Positions 1 to 12,990 of a DNA stretch of 64,000 nucleotides are shown here, piece by piece (position 1 is the stretch's first letter; every line of letters starts with the position of its first letter). The notes under the pieces were generated by a model, which was given only the letters and a program-made list of their open reading frames with translations, did not search any database and had not been told where the DNA came from. The stretch is from the human T2T-CHM13v2.0 reference genome, Homo sapiens. The position numbers and the translations under genes were made by a program. The stretch lies in assembly GCF_009914755.1 (NCBI RefSeq), contig NC_060937.1; one strand, given 5' to 3'.

Positions 1-89
1 GTCGGTCAGGCTAGTCTCAAACTAGGTGATCCGCCCACCTCAGCCTCACAAAGTGCTGGGATTACAGGCGTGAGCCACCGTGCCTGGCC
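1..89 (-). mobile_element. Alu (5' part of left arm, cut by window edge)
   Basis: gatccgcccacctcagcctc..aaagtgctgggattacaggcgtgagccaccgtgcctggcc is the reverse complement of the Alu 5' end. Confidence 0.95.
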
Positions 90-720
90 CATGCTCTCCA
101 TTCCTTCTGCCCTCAGGCTTAGTAGACATGGTCTCCCTCTTTTGTTCAAGGTCAAATCTTCCCCCTCTGCTTTGAATCTCATCTCTTTCCACCTCCTCAA
201 GGTTCTTTCTTTACCAATTTTCTCCTTTCGTTTCTACATTTTCAACTTCTTCCTTTGTACTTGGATTCTTTCCTCAAATGACATCTTTCATTTGCTAAAG
301 CCACCAACAAATTTCATATTCCCACATCCAATGTCTTTATTTCTCTTGAACTCTGCAGGAGCTGACATTGTGGACCCCTTCTCTCTATTTTAATTCCTCC
401 CCCCATCTTTAGTGATAACACTCTTTGCTGGAACTATACCACCCTTTTTCCCCCACTTCCATAAATATTTTTCCCAGCCTACTTTGTGTTCTCTGTGCTT
501 TCTTTTGCTCTTTATGCATCACCCCCTAGGTTCTGCCTCTTGCCCTTGTCATCATCCCATGTGAACTTCATCTATCACCAGAGCATCAACTATCCTTTGC
601 ACTAATATGACTTCCAAATCCATATTTTTAAATGAGAACTCCCTACTACCCTCTAGCCATTATATTCATTTATCTCCACACCATCTTCACTGAGTGTTCT
701 TTAAGTATTTACACCTCACC
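90..720 (+). mobile_element. L2 LINE fragment (degraded); likely resumes at ~2585-2670
   Basis: Pyrimidine-rich L2-like motifs (ctctgcaggagctgacattgtggacc, atgacttccaaatcc; ggcatttcaaactcatcttgtccaaaact at ~2600). Confidence 0.55.
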
Positions 721-751
721 TTTTTCCATGGAACATTGAAACAGGTCATTT

Positions 752-1890
752 TATATATATATATATATATTATATATATAATATATATATAATATATATA
801 AAATGTACATATTATATATAATATATAAAATGTACATATTATATATAATATATGAAATGTATATATTATATAATATATAAAATGTATATATTACATAATA
901 TATAAAATGTATATATTATATAATATATAAAATGTATATATTATATAAAATATATAATATATAAAAAATAAACAATATATATAAAATATATATATTATAT
1001 AAAAATATATGTTATATATAATATATAAAAATATATAATATATATTATATAAAATATATTGTAGATTATATAAAATATGTAATATATAATATATTATATA
1101 AAATATATAATATATAATATATTATATAAAATATATTATATATAATATATTTTATATATTATATAAAAAATATATATTATATATTATATATAATATAAAA
1201 TATATTATATACTATATAAAATATATTATATATTATATAAAATATATTATATACTATATAAAATATATTATATATATTATATATTATATAAAATATATTA
1301 TATATTATATAAAATATATTATATATTATATAAAATATATTATATATTATATAAAATATATTATATATTATATAAAATATATTATATATTATATAAAATA
1401 TATTATATATATTATATATTATATAAAATATATTATATATTATATAAAATATATTATATATTATATATTATATAAAATATTTTATATAATATATAAAATA
1501 TATTATATAAAATATATTATATATTATATAAAATATATTATATATTATATATTATATAAAATATATTATATATTATATATTATATAAAATATATTATATA
1601 TTATATAAAATAGATTATTATATATTATATAAAATAGATTATATATTATATAAAATAGATTATATATTATATATTATATAATATATATTCTATATTATAT
1701 ATTATATAATATAGATTATATATTATATATTATATAATATAGATTATATAATATATAATATATAATACAGATTATATATTATATATTATATAATACATAT
1801 TATATATTATATATTATATAATATAGATTCTATATTATATATTATATAATATATATTATATATAATATAATATATAATATACATTTTATA
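752..1890. repeat. ~1.1 kb AT-rich low-complexity/minisatellite (units such as tatattatataaaata)
   Basis: Directly visible; almost exclusively A/T with nested 7-18 bp periodicities. Confidence 0.97.
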
Positions 1891-2714
1891 TTTTGATGAA
1901 GGATTAAAATATCAAAGGGAAGATATAGCGAAGAAAATCATAAAGTCACAGGAGCCCATGTAACCCTAAACAGTTGAATTATCTCAGCTTCATTATCAGC
2001 CAGTTCAAAGGGAAATATTATAGTTACTAGATTTACTAAATCTAAATAAAAAGCAAACTAAATATTTATTCTCTTTAGATCCTAAACAATTTCTTGCAGG
2101 GAACCTGGCTTTGTAATATTTTGGATATTTCGGAGGAAGTTTTGGACTTCATCCCTACCCTAGAATCAACAACAGGTTGCACATAGATGTGGTTTAAAAA
2201 TCTTCTTCTATAAAGCTGAGACATAATGCCAAGGCATAATACAATAAAGCGAGCGTTTAAGAGTCCAAAACAATACAGCTCTACCATGCAACTATGTGAT
2301 GGTCTGGCTTGTTTGCAAGTGAAGATCTGAACATCTAAAGAAATATATTTACTGCAAATTATTAAAAAATATCTTCCTATACTTATTGTTTCTCACAACC
2401 AAGTTATTCATGGGATCAGATAATAAAGGCTTCTCTGTTTCAGTATTTGGCCCACAACCTAAAATGTAGACAGCAAGTGGTGTTAATAATTAAGGCATAG
2501 ATGCATAGATCTTGACAATAGCCAAGATGTTGTCCTCTTAAAAAAAAGTAGAAACTTAACCAAGATAGTCTCTATGGAATCTGCTTCTGAATATCCCTCA
2601 GGCATTTCAAACTCATCTTGTCCAAAACTCAGTTCACCATCACTTCCCTTGAACTTTCACATCCTCCTGTTACCTCAAGACGCAGACTGAAAGGAAACAC
2701 TTTCAGCACAGACA

Positions 2715-2840
2715 CTTGACAAGAGAAATATACAAAGTACATAAAGAACTCCTACAACTCAATAAGAAAAAGAAGATCAACCAAATAAAATAGGCAAAAG
2801 ATTTGAAAAGACATTTTCCTAAAAGAGGAACTACAAATAG
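2715..2840 (+). mobile_element. Old L1 (L1M) ORF2 3' fragment
   Basis: aaagaactcctacaactcaataagaaaaa...ggcaaaagatttgaaaagacatttt, typical of the L1 ORF2 end. Confidence 0.8.
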
Positions 2841-3149
2841 AGTCATCATGGAACCCTTCTCCCAAAGTGGGTCCTGCCAAACAGTAGTTCAAGAAGGGCC
2901 TCAAGGTCAAAGGCAAGGAATTTGAACTTTACCCAAAAATTACTGAATGATTTTAAGCAGGGACAAATATGCTCAGCTTTTAAATTCAGCAAGATCACTC
3001 TGGATGTTAGTAAACGTTGTAATACATTAAAAATAGAAATGGTTCTATGGTCAAAGATATCTGGAGAACCTAAACCATCCATCAGGAAGCTGGGCTGCAG
3101 GAGTCCTCAAGGACACTGCGGAGTGAAGCTCTGTCACTGTTGAGTGACT

Positions 3150-4150
3150 GTGGTGAAGATTCTTGTCCTTGACTTCCCTCTCATACTCTTCCACTCAGGT
3201 GCAGTCAGTCACTCCATCTCGCAGGGTCATTCCAAAGTTGCCTTCTCTCCTATCTGCACTCTTGATGCTTTCTATGTTAGCTCCTAATGTGGCTCCTGAC
3301 CTCCCATCTAGCCCACATTCAGCCCACTCCTGCCAGAGGGAGATCTCTCTAGTGCAGATCTCATCACTTCACTCCCTTAACTAAAATCCCTCCATAATTC
3401 TCCACAGAAAATAGGATCGAGTTCAAGTTCCTTACTGTAACTTACAAGGCTCTTTCTAACTTGGCCACTGCCACTCCTCAACAGGTCCCTGCACCCCGGA
3501 TTTGAAAAGCTGCTTGTCCTTTCTCAAAGGGATGCTTCAGCAACCTGCACCTTCGCACGCAATGTCCCCTCTTTATTTTCCTCCCCAGCCCCCTTGCCAT
3601 TCATCTTCTAATCCCACTCTTGCTTCAGAGCCGTTCAAACGCCCCAGACAGTCTGACTTCCTTGGAGACTTTGCGGGTAAGATTCCATGCCCCAGCCCTC
3701 CTCCTCCCTCCATCTACACCCCCTGCTGCGGGGTGCTGTCACCACTGGTGTGTTTGTTCATCTCCCTGATGGGAGTAGGTGAGCCTTGAGATCAGGGCTA
3801 TGCTGTCGGTTCTATTCATCTCTGCATCCCACACACCTAGCACAGAAAATGCCCACCGGCCATCCTGTTCACTCCTGCTTGTCTTTCAGACTCACTGCAA
3901 ACTCACATCCTCAGGGAGCCTTCTTTAACCTCATCCTACTGGGTCACAGACTTCTGTCGTGAGCTTTCCCACTTCCGTTCAATTTTCCTCAACACTCTTG
4001 TCATCCCTCATCACAGCTTAATTATTTAGCAGTGTGATTACTTCACAGCGAGTGTCTCCATGAGGTAGGGATCACATCCATTGTGCTCCCCGTGTTAGAG
4101 CAGCACTTGGCACAGAGCTAATATTCCATCATTATGAACAAAGGAGTGGA
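3150..4150 (+). mobile_element. L2 fragments (two 3' ends)
   Basis: L2 3' motifs: tcatcacttcactcccttaactaaaatcc, tattcatctctgcatccc..cctagcacag, agcacttggcacagag. Confidence 0.6.
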
Positions 4151-4210
4151 TGGGAAAGCATATGTGAATCTACAGTAGTGCCTGCCTGGGATAGAAGAGG
4201 CCAAGGGCTT

Positions 4211-4236
4211 GTTTGTTGTTGTTGTTGTTGTTGTTT
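4211..4236. repeat. (TTG)n microsatellite
   Basis: gtttgttgttgttgttgttgttgttt. Confidence 0.9.
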
Positions 4237-4310
4237 AATTCAAGAGGGCATGTGTGGTGGTCACCTACAATCTGATAAAGGGTGAAGAAATCAAGAAGCA
4301 GAAATCCTAC

Positions 4311-4725
4311 CGATCAGGTTTGGATGTTTGTCCTGTCAAAATCTCATGTTGAAATGTGAGCTCCATGTTGGAGGTGGGGCCCGGCAGGAGGTGGCTGGAT
4401 CATGGGAGTGAATGCCTCATGAATGGTTTAGCACCGTAGCCTCGGTGATACGTGAGTTCTCAGTTAGTTCAAGTGAAATCTGACTGTTTAAAAGTCTGGG
4501 ACCTCCCCCATTTTCTCTCTCTTGCTCCCACTCTCACCATTTGAAGCACCTGCTCCCTACTTCACCTCTGCCATGACTGGAAGTTTCCTGAGACCCTCAC
4601 CAGAAGCAGATGCCGGAGCCATGCTTGTACAGCCTACAAAACTGTGAGCCAATTAAACCTCTATTCTCTATAAACTACCCAGACTCAGATATTTCTTCAT
4701 GGCAACAGAAAAACTGACTGATACA
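4311..4725 (+). mobile_element. MaLR solo LTR (MST family, MSTA/MSTB-like)
   Basis: ggtttggatgtttgtcc..aaatctcatgttgaaatgtg start, attaaacctct polyA signal, ..gactgataca end; 5-bp TSD cctac at 4306-4310 and 4726-4730. Confidence 0.9.
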
Positions 4726-4764
4726 CCTACCTACAAAAATCATACCAAGATGCTCCTGTTTGGA

Positions 4765-4921
4765 GCCGATCATTGTGGTGCATGCCTGTAATCCCAGCTA
4801 CTCAGGATGCTGAGGCAAGAGAATCACTTGAACCCAGGAGGTGGAGGTTGCAGTGAGCCGAGATCATGCCACATAATTCCAGCCCGGGTGACAGAGCAAG
4901 ATTCTGAAAAAAAAAAAAAAA
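4765..4921 (+). mobile_element. Alu right arm only (5'-truncated Alu or FRAM)
   Basis: gcctgtaatcccagctactcagga..gcagtgagccgagatc..A-tail; flanked by near-identical agatgctc(c/t)tgt(t/c)tggag TSD. Confidence 0.9.
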
Positions 4922-5419
4922 GAGATGCTCTTGTCTGGAGAGAAGGGGAAAGGGGATGTGGTGACATACAGAGAGTTTCTCTTTCTCTGTCCCTTTCCCA
5001 TGTCCATGACTGAGTGCAAGCAGATGGAGGAGAAGAATACGACATGCTGAGTTTGTCAATGAAGGAGTCAGGCTGACTCAGAGATGAAACCTATGGTGTA
5101 CTTTTTCCCCTGGTTCCCCAGTGGTGTTTAATTACCATCATTATTAATTTATCACAGTAATTCTCTTTCAAAATCATATAGTGCTAAAAATAGTGTTTCA
5201 TAAACGTGTGAAAATTGAATCTAGAAATTATTTACCAGGTTCCACATCCTCCCCAGAACTCCTCATCAATGAAAATTGATTTGAAGCTGATTTTTTTGCA
5301 AATCCATTGCCCATTCACCAACCAGTCCATGGAAATAGAATAAGCAGAAGGTCCTCCCTTTCTCCTAATAGCACTCCAAACTCCCTTTCCTCAGCTCCTT
5401 TGATCTGAAAATCTTTATC

Positions 5420-5845
5420 TTAAAGCACTTTATACACGGTCATTAATTTTCACAGCACTCCTGCTAAGAAGATTCTATTACTTCCATTAAACCATAGAGT
5501 AAACCAAGAAGCCAAATTAAGTGATTTGCCCACTCAGGAAATTAGTGGCCTGACTCAGTTCAAACATAGCAGCTAAGATTTCCAAGGCCTCGCAGCCAGC
5601 TGCCACCCTGACATTTCCTAGCTCCATAGAGTGGATAAGGGCCTGGGCTTCTGTGTCAGTACAACCTGGGTTCAAGTCCTACTTCTGAAATTTCCTTGGC
5701 AAATTACTCAACTTCCTTAAATGTGTGAAAATCTGCGATAAGAACACTTGTTTCATAAAGTCGCTACGAGGATTAAAGATGATAATGTACACAGAAGTAC
5801 TTAATACATAACCTGGAACAAATAAAGAGCTATGTTATTATTATT
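5420..5845. mobile_element. Two MIR SINEs (minus ~5420-5590, plus ~5625-5845)
   Basis: MIR core attaagtgatttgccca; cctgggttcaagtcct..cttggcaaattactcaac..gaggattaaagatgataatg. Confidence 0.7.
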
Positions 5846-6060
5846 GTACACACCTGGAAGGGTATACTCTTCACCCAGCCCCCTCTCATAATCTTTTCTT
5901 CACCACATCAGAAAATGAGCAAGCCACACCTGCAGCTCTATTTACCTCTGCTATATGACACACACATTTGCAGATAAAGTCTTCTATGGGAATAATAGGA
6001 CACCTGAGCACATTCCTGGGGCACTGCTACATCAGCAATTATCCAAAGACTCATTGACAT

Positions 6061-6176
6061 ATCCACCCACCCACACATCCTCCCATCCATCCATCCACCC
6101 ATTCATCCGTTTGACCACCCACCCATCCATCCATCCACCCACCCATCCATCCATCCATCCATCCATTCATTCATTC
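6061..6176. repeat. (CCAT/CCAC)n tetranucleotide repeat grown from an L2 3' tail
   Basis: catccatccacccatcc.. merging into cattcattcattca, followed by an L2 3' end (6170-6290, minus). Confidence 0.9.
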
Positions 6177-7259
6177 AAGCTTAGTACACATAGTAAGCAC
6201 CTACCATGTGTAAGCCTGTGTTAAATATTGTGGGATACACTAAAATGATTCAGACATGGTCTCTGCCCTCAGAGCTATAAATACAATTAAAAGAAATTGT
6301 AAAACAAAATGGAATGTAAAAAGTGTTTTAAGGGAAGTTATTGAAAGTGAATGAAGGGCATTGCCACATGGAAAGAATAGTGAATTAAGAACCAGGAGAT
6401 TTTTTTCTCAGCCCTGGTTTTAATGTTGGTCTAACATAAACCCTGTCACCTCCCTAGGCTTTGGTTTCCCCGAAGTAAGGAGGCAGAAGTGGAAGATCCC
6501 GAGGTCCCTGTAACTTCTAACATTTCATTCCCTCTGCCTCTACGTAAGTGAAGGTAACATTCAAACTGAGCACTGAGTAGCAGGGTATTGCATTCCAGGA
6601 GTGGAGACTCATACAAGCAAGTTTATGAAGATAGAAATACATCAATATTAATGGAATGGCAAGTGGTACCATTTGAATACAGCGAATGGCAAAAGAAGGT
6701 AATGTCTTGAGAGTTAGATTCAGAATAATTTGTGAAGGGCCTTATTTTTAGGCCAGAGAAATAAAAGAATTAGTTACTATTGAGCAAGTGCAAAAGAGCC
6801 TTCTTATGTGTCTGTGCAAGGAGCCTACTTTCTCAGAGTTACCTTCTCCCTACACTTCTCACACCTCCTTACACCTGCGCACCCTACAAGCAAGGGCTGG
6901 ACATGGCCGAAGTCAATCACTTTGCAGAAAGTCAAAGTCCCTATTGAGAAAGGCCCCTGAAGAAGCTGAGCTGGGGTGCAGGGCCTCCCCCATATTCCCT
7001 GTAAGCCCTGTGATCACCAACACGGAGTTATCTTGGAGGGCTGTTCTCGTCTCCAATTACGCCCTGTACATGGTCATATTCCCCCACCCTCGGCAAACCA
7101 AAATGAGGCGGCAGCAAGGGCGAGTAAATAGTCTGTTTAGGGGCGTGCAGGCAATGCTCCAGGTTGTGCCACCAGGCCTCACTGCCAGGCCCTCTGTGAT
7201 GGGTGCTCAAGCAAGCAGGGGGAAAGGGGTGCTTTCCTGTCCCCGCTGGAACGGCCTTC

Positions 7260-7730
7260 CCACCCATCTGCCTGGTAAACGCCTACTCATACTTCAAGCC
7301 TTAGCTCCAGAGTTGTCTGATCTAGAAGCCCTTCTTGACCACCCTCAAACCCTTCCCAGGCACAGTGGGCCCCTCACTCTACCCTACTCAGAATTTTCAC
7401 AGCACCCGTGATTCTTAATCGTATTTATTCACATATCTTTCCCCCAAACAAGCTGCAAACAATCCCTTGGGCAGGATACTCTGTCTTAGTTATCTTCGTA
7501 CTCAGTCACCTAGCCTTTACCTGACACGTGGTTGTACCTCATGAGCATTTGTCAGTAACAAGAGTAGCTGACTTTCGCAGAGCACTCACCCCGAGGCAGG
7601 CACCACACTGGCAGCTTCACATGCACTAGTCATTCAATCCCCACAGCAACTGTTTATGTTTGGTGCTATTATCCCCACTTTATAGATGAAGAAACTAAGG
7701 CATAGATGAGCTAAGCAACTTGCCCCAAAG
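7260..7730. mobile_element. L2 3' end (+, ~7260-7555) followed by MIR (-, ~7560-7730)
   Basis: cctactcatacttcaagccttagctc..; cccactttatagatgaagaaactaaggcatag..taagcaacttgccc. Confidence 0.7.
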
Positions 7731-7914
7731 TGAAAGCACTACTTTCTTTTCCAAGATCTTTATCACTTTAGATATACAGTAGGTAAAGCAATCTGAAATT
7801 GAGAAAACCTCTAACGCCATTGCAGAACTGGGGGTTGTAAAAACGTTAGTCCAAGCTGACGCTGAAACAGTGGGAAATGTGTAGACACCACAGACTCAAA
7901 TTCTGAGAATTCTT

Positions 7915-8085
7915 TATTTTTGGAGTCAGTGTCTCACTCTGTTTCACAGACTGGAATGCAGTGGTGCAATCATAACTCGCTGCAGCACCCAGCTAACTGT
8001 TTTTATTTTTTTGTAGAGATGGGGTCTTGCTATGCCGTCCAAGCTGGTCTCGAGCTCCTGGCCTCAAGCGATCGTCTCACTTCCA
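7915..8085 (-). mobile_element. AluJ-type element, internally deleted and 5'-truncated
   Basis: Right arm jumps from tgcagc to acccagctaa; TSD tgagaattctt at 7904-7914 and 8093-8103. Confidence 0.85.
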
Positions 8086-9177
8086 CAGATGGTGAGAATT
8101 CTTCCTTATTCACCCCTAGTAAGGATTCACTAGTAATTTAATGATAACACCATAATACCCAAGTCACATAGTCCGATCATTAAGCCCAGTTCATGCTTAT
8201 GGAACATCTGATAAAATAAATTTTAAACTATGACCTGCTCCTCTCCCTCCCACACTAACTCTGTGGACAGAGATTCATTTGCAACAACTTTTCTCCCACT
8301 GACTCCCAGTGACCTTTCCCACCACTGTCCCTTTTCAAATACAGAGTGCGTGTAGGTAAGCCCTCCCCAGGAGGGAAGAAAGAGGCCATTAGGCAGAGAG
8401 GAGATTTGCAGGGTGGAAGTACTAACTGGTTCTATCCCACTGTCCACCTCTGAAAATAGCCTCCTTGATGGCCACAAGCCCAGACATCTCATGAGAGCAC
8501 CAAGTAGATTACATTCTTATTTATTTAAAAGGAAACAGCCCACCTGGGCCTGGATTCTCCACAGAAAAACAAAAGAGAAGCAGAGAGAATCAAACTAGCT
8601 CTCTGGAACAAAGGTGTACAGTTTAAATGATTGCACAACAACTGCTGCAAACCAGAACATTCTGTACGGTCGGAAGAGGCTTAATTAGCCTGAACCAAAA
8701 GTCTAAGGTCATGTGATTCAGAACATTTCACAGCCTGGGTTGTGACATTAGAGGTGCTATGGGCCATCCTACCAGACCACTGTGGGGCCCCAAACTGGAC
8801 AGCCTTTTGTTTTCTCCAACCGAGGCTTAATTTAAATTAAAAACATCGAGGGGTAGTGGGGAGCCTCTGCCTGTCCTTTGGAAGCCACAGTTGTTTCATT
8901 TGTATGCGTATCTGTGTGTATTCTGAGAGTGTGTGTGTCTGTGGGTTTGTTGGTGTTCTATGCTCCTAATCAAAGAAAGCTTATGAAAGAGAAAAAGAAG
9001 TTTAAATAGCAAAGTAGTGACATCATTTCCAAGTGTTCTGGGATGAGAAGATTGTTCCATAGTTTACATATTCATTTATTCATTCATTCTTTCTTTCTTT
9101 CAATCAAACTCTGAGCGAGCATCCATTTAGCCTTAGACTCTGTTACAGGAAACAGACCGCGAAAGACGCATGTTCCT

Positions 9178-9704
9178 GCTATTAGTTCCTATCATTGCTG
9201 TAATAGATTACCACAAACCTGGTGTCTTCAAACCACAAAAATTTATTATCTTGCAGATCAGAGTGTCAGAAGTCAAAACTGGGTCTCACTGGGTGAAAAT
9301 CAAGTTGTCAGCAGGGCTGGCCTGCTTCTGGAGACTTCAAGGAAAACCCATTTTCTTACCATTTCCAGCTTTTAGAGGCCACAGACAATCCTTGTTCATG
9401 GCCCCTTCCCCTATATTCAAAGCCAGCATGTCAGACCGGGTCTTTCTCATGCTACAAGCTCTCTCTCATACTACCAGCTCTCTGGTTCTCTACTCTTCTG
9501 TTCTCTCTTCCACTGTTTAGGATTCCTGTGATTACATTGGGCCTACCCAGATCACCCAGGAAATCCCCCCACTCCAAGATCCTTAACTTCATCACACCTG
9601 CGAAGTCCGTTTACCAGGTAGTGCCAAAATATGAGGTGATATATTCACAGGTTCCAGGGATTAGGACTTGGACATCTTTGGGGGACTATTATTTTGCTTC
9701 CCAC
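9178..9704 (-). mobile_element. MaLR LTR (MLT1 family)
   Basis: attgctgtaatagattaccacaaac..atttattatcttgcag..ggttccagggattaggacttggacatctttggggg..ccaca. Confidence 0.85.
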
Positions 9705-10261
9705 AGTCCCCATGTCAATAGTTCTTATTTTTTAGACCTGACTGAAACTGACTAACCTTCATTTTGGCCTATTGTTCCTCATTAGACTCCTTGGCTATGC
9801 TTTCAGGGTGTATTCACAGACATCATTTTTGTAAACTGTCCTCAGGCCTCTCCTGGTTTCCTTTTAACCATTAGCATGCACATTTATCTCCCTTGAAGTC
9901 TCCTTCCAAGACACCCTACGCAAGGAAATAATTTATTATTTAAGACACATTAGTCCAACTTTGGATTTGGAACTAAACACAAACACTAAGATGAATATTC
10001 ATAGACTCTTGAAGCAATGGCCTGGCCCTTACCTTTCCCCAGAATGGGTTCTCTGGGCCAAGCCCAGAAAGGTACTTACATGGCTGGCTTCCTGCTCACA
10101 GTTGAAATGTGTCTCAGTTCTCTGCTTGCAGTGCGTCTCCAGTTTCTCCTTATTCTTGGCCTGCTGAATCCCAGCAGCTTGGATCAGCCATTTTCCCTTT
10201 TGCATTCATTTCCATCTGGGGGATGGAGTTTTACCTGGCTCTGATTTCTAATCCCTTTACC

Positions 10262-10765
10262 TGTGCAGTGAACAGAAGAATGCTGCCACCCCACAAAGAT
10301 AACCTCATTCTAATCCCTAGGACGTGTAGATATAGTCACCACACATGGCAAACCTCAGCAGATGCAACTGAGGTTAAGGACATTGAGATGGGACAGTGTC
10401 CTAGATTAAATGAGTGGGTGTAATATAATCATAAGGGCCCTGGTGAGGTAAGAGGCTTTCCTGGCTGCAGAGAGCCCAAGAGAGACAACAGCGTCAGAAA
10501 GAGTTGATGTCCCAGTCCTGGTCCCAAAATGTAGCAGGCTATTTGTAAGGACCAGACAGAGATCTGCAGATGCTGGAAAGGGTGGGGAAAGAAGTCCTTC
10601 CCTAAGGCCTCCAGAGAGGAATGCAGCCCCCTCGACACCCTGAATTTAGCCCAGCAAGACCCTTGTCAGATTTCTGACCTGCACAACTGTAAGATAATAA
10701 ATACACATTGTTTTAAACCATTAAATTGTGGTAATGTGTTACAGCGGCAATAGAAAGTTAATACA
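10262..10765 (+). mobile_element. MaLR LTR (MLT1D-like)
   Basis: ctaatccctagga..ttaaggacattgagatggg..aactgtaagataataaat..gttacagcggcaatagaaagttaataca. Confidence 0.85.
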
Positions 10766-11148
10766 ATGTGCATTCTTTTGCAGTCTATGCTGATGATTTA
10801 AGCCCTCAAAATTAATGTGATTCAGAGTCATTAGTGGACTGGCAACACCCTCCTCCAGATCATTAGCCAGAATTCAAATAAGCCCAGGCCTAATGGGGAC
10901 CCCTGCAGGACTCCATCTGAGAGCGCCTTGGGTTGAAGTGGGCATGACATTAATTAATCTTCTGTAGGCCTTGCGATTCCAGGGCCTGATTTTATATCTG
11001 AAGCAATCTGTATTTTCCCTCCCAGACATGACACTGGACAGGTTTTGCCTTTGTAAGGAAGATTATCTTCCCCGTCCTTCCTCCACTGATGTGGCAGTCA
11101 GTGCCCCCTCCCCACTCCATACCACCACCTCTCCCCTGATGCATGTGT

Positions 11149-11184
<36 letters not shown>

Positions 11185-11255
11185 ACACATAGACACATGT
11201 GCAGAGACACATGCATACAGAGACACAAACACACACATAATCACATACATATACA
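11149..11255. repeat. (CA)n microsatellite with degenerate tail
   Basis: Directly visible. Confidence 0.95.
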
Positions 11256-11742
11256 CTTCTTTCTTTTTTGAAAATAAAGCAGTCCAGATTTTGAAAAATA
11301 TTTGCTCCCTCAGTGCTCTGCTGGGGATTGCCCCAGGGTTTGTGAATTTCTTTTACCTGCTAAGTAATTTATTATGTAATAAAACATTGGGTACTTAAAG
11401 GAACAGTAGATTGAACCAGTCAGTTTTCAAGCTTTATAGAAGAGAAGACTTAGGTTGAATTTTTTCTTTTAAGGGATACCAAGAACTTCATGGATTTTTG
11501 CCATTAAGTCTTTGAAGATGCCAGCATGTGCCAGGTGAGGGGCAGTAATCCTAAAATGTACCATCATTTTGCCTGATTGGAAGCACTTCTTGCTTCAGAC
11601 TTAGAGTTTTCGAGATGATCTGTTTGGTCTTCTGATTCTTGTGTTCTCAGTATTCACGCCTCTGCACTATATTCCAGACACTATTCTGGGTATTGGGGAT
11701 GCCGGGGGTCCCTGGGTGAAAGATTGAAGTTGTAGATACAGA

Positions 11743-12056
<314 letters not shown>

Positions 12057-12061
12057 CAGAG

Positions 12062-12190
12062 ATTTTATTTTTTTATGTGCACAAATTTATGAAGTACATG
12101 TGCAATTTTGTTACATGTGTAGATTGTATAGTGGTCAAGTCAGGGCTTTTAGGGTATCCAAATAACATACATGGTACCCATTAACCAATG
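12062..12190 (-). mobile_element. L1 3' end fragment (L1PB-like)
   Basis: T-rich tail then gtacatgtgcaattttgttacatg..tagtggtcaagtcagggcttttagggtatcca. Confidence 0.85.
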
Positions 12191-12191
12191 A

Positions 12192-12990
12192 AGATACAGA
12201 TTTGAAAGTCATTGACCATGATTAGCATTAAAAGCCATTGGAATACAGCATCACCCTGGGGTGTGTGTAGGCAGAGAAGAGAAGGGGAATCTAGTCCAGA
12301 ACCCAGAGCACGACAAAACTTAAAGGTCCAGCAGAGGAGGAGGAATTAAGAACAGAGGATGCTTTCATGGTAGGAGGAAAACCAGCAGGGTGGGGGATAC
12401 CATGCAAGCCGCAAAAGAAAGTGTTTCAAGGAGAAAGAATAGTTAGTTAGTGGTGCCAAATGCTGGCAGAGGTCAAGCATGGAAAGGACTGATTGGTGAT
12501 CACTGGTCTTGATGACACAAAGGTGATGTTGACATGAGCAATTGGAAGAGATGGAAACCCAGTTGGAATGGTTGAAGATAAAACATGGAAAAAAGGAGTA
12601 GAGACCATGGCTTCAATAAATTTTCAATTAGTTGCTACAAAGAGCAGCAGATGCAAGTAGTAGCTGGAGGTGGAGGTGGGGTCATAGGGAGGAATTTCTT
12701 AAGTGGGAACACTAGTGATAAGGATAAAATACAGTGGAGAGACAGAAATAGTGAGGCAGCAAATAAAATGGATAAATGCAAGGAGGAAATCCAGGACATA
12801 GTGAGAAGGAAGGGACCCAAAGTGCAAGGAGAAAAGGCTGACTTGGGTAAAAGCAGAAAGTTCACCCACGGAACCAGAAGGCAGGGCAGTGAAGATGTGA
12901 GCACAGAAGCAGGTGTGTTGGCAGATTTGGCAGGGAGAAGATGAGGGATTTCCTATCTAATTAACTCTGTGTTCTCAAAGAAGTATGAAG
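12192..12990 (-). mobile_element. L2 LINE (interrupted at 11745-12191; left part ~11710-11745)
   Basis: gatacagatttgaaagtca..agagaagagaagg..gaaagtgtttcaaggag..caaatgctggcagaggtcaag. Confidence 0.75.

Noticed and set aside
6788-7411. Longest ORF (207 aa)
   Set aside because: GTG start, no recognisable domain, and its 3' part runs into an L2; consistent with chance.
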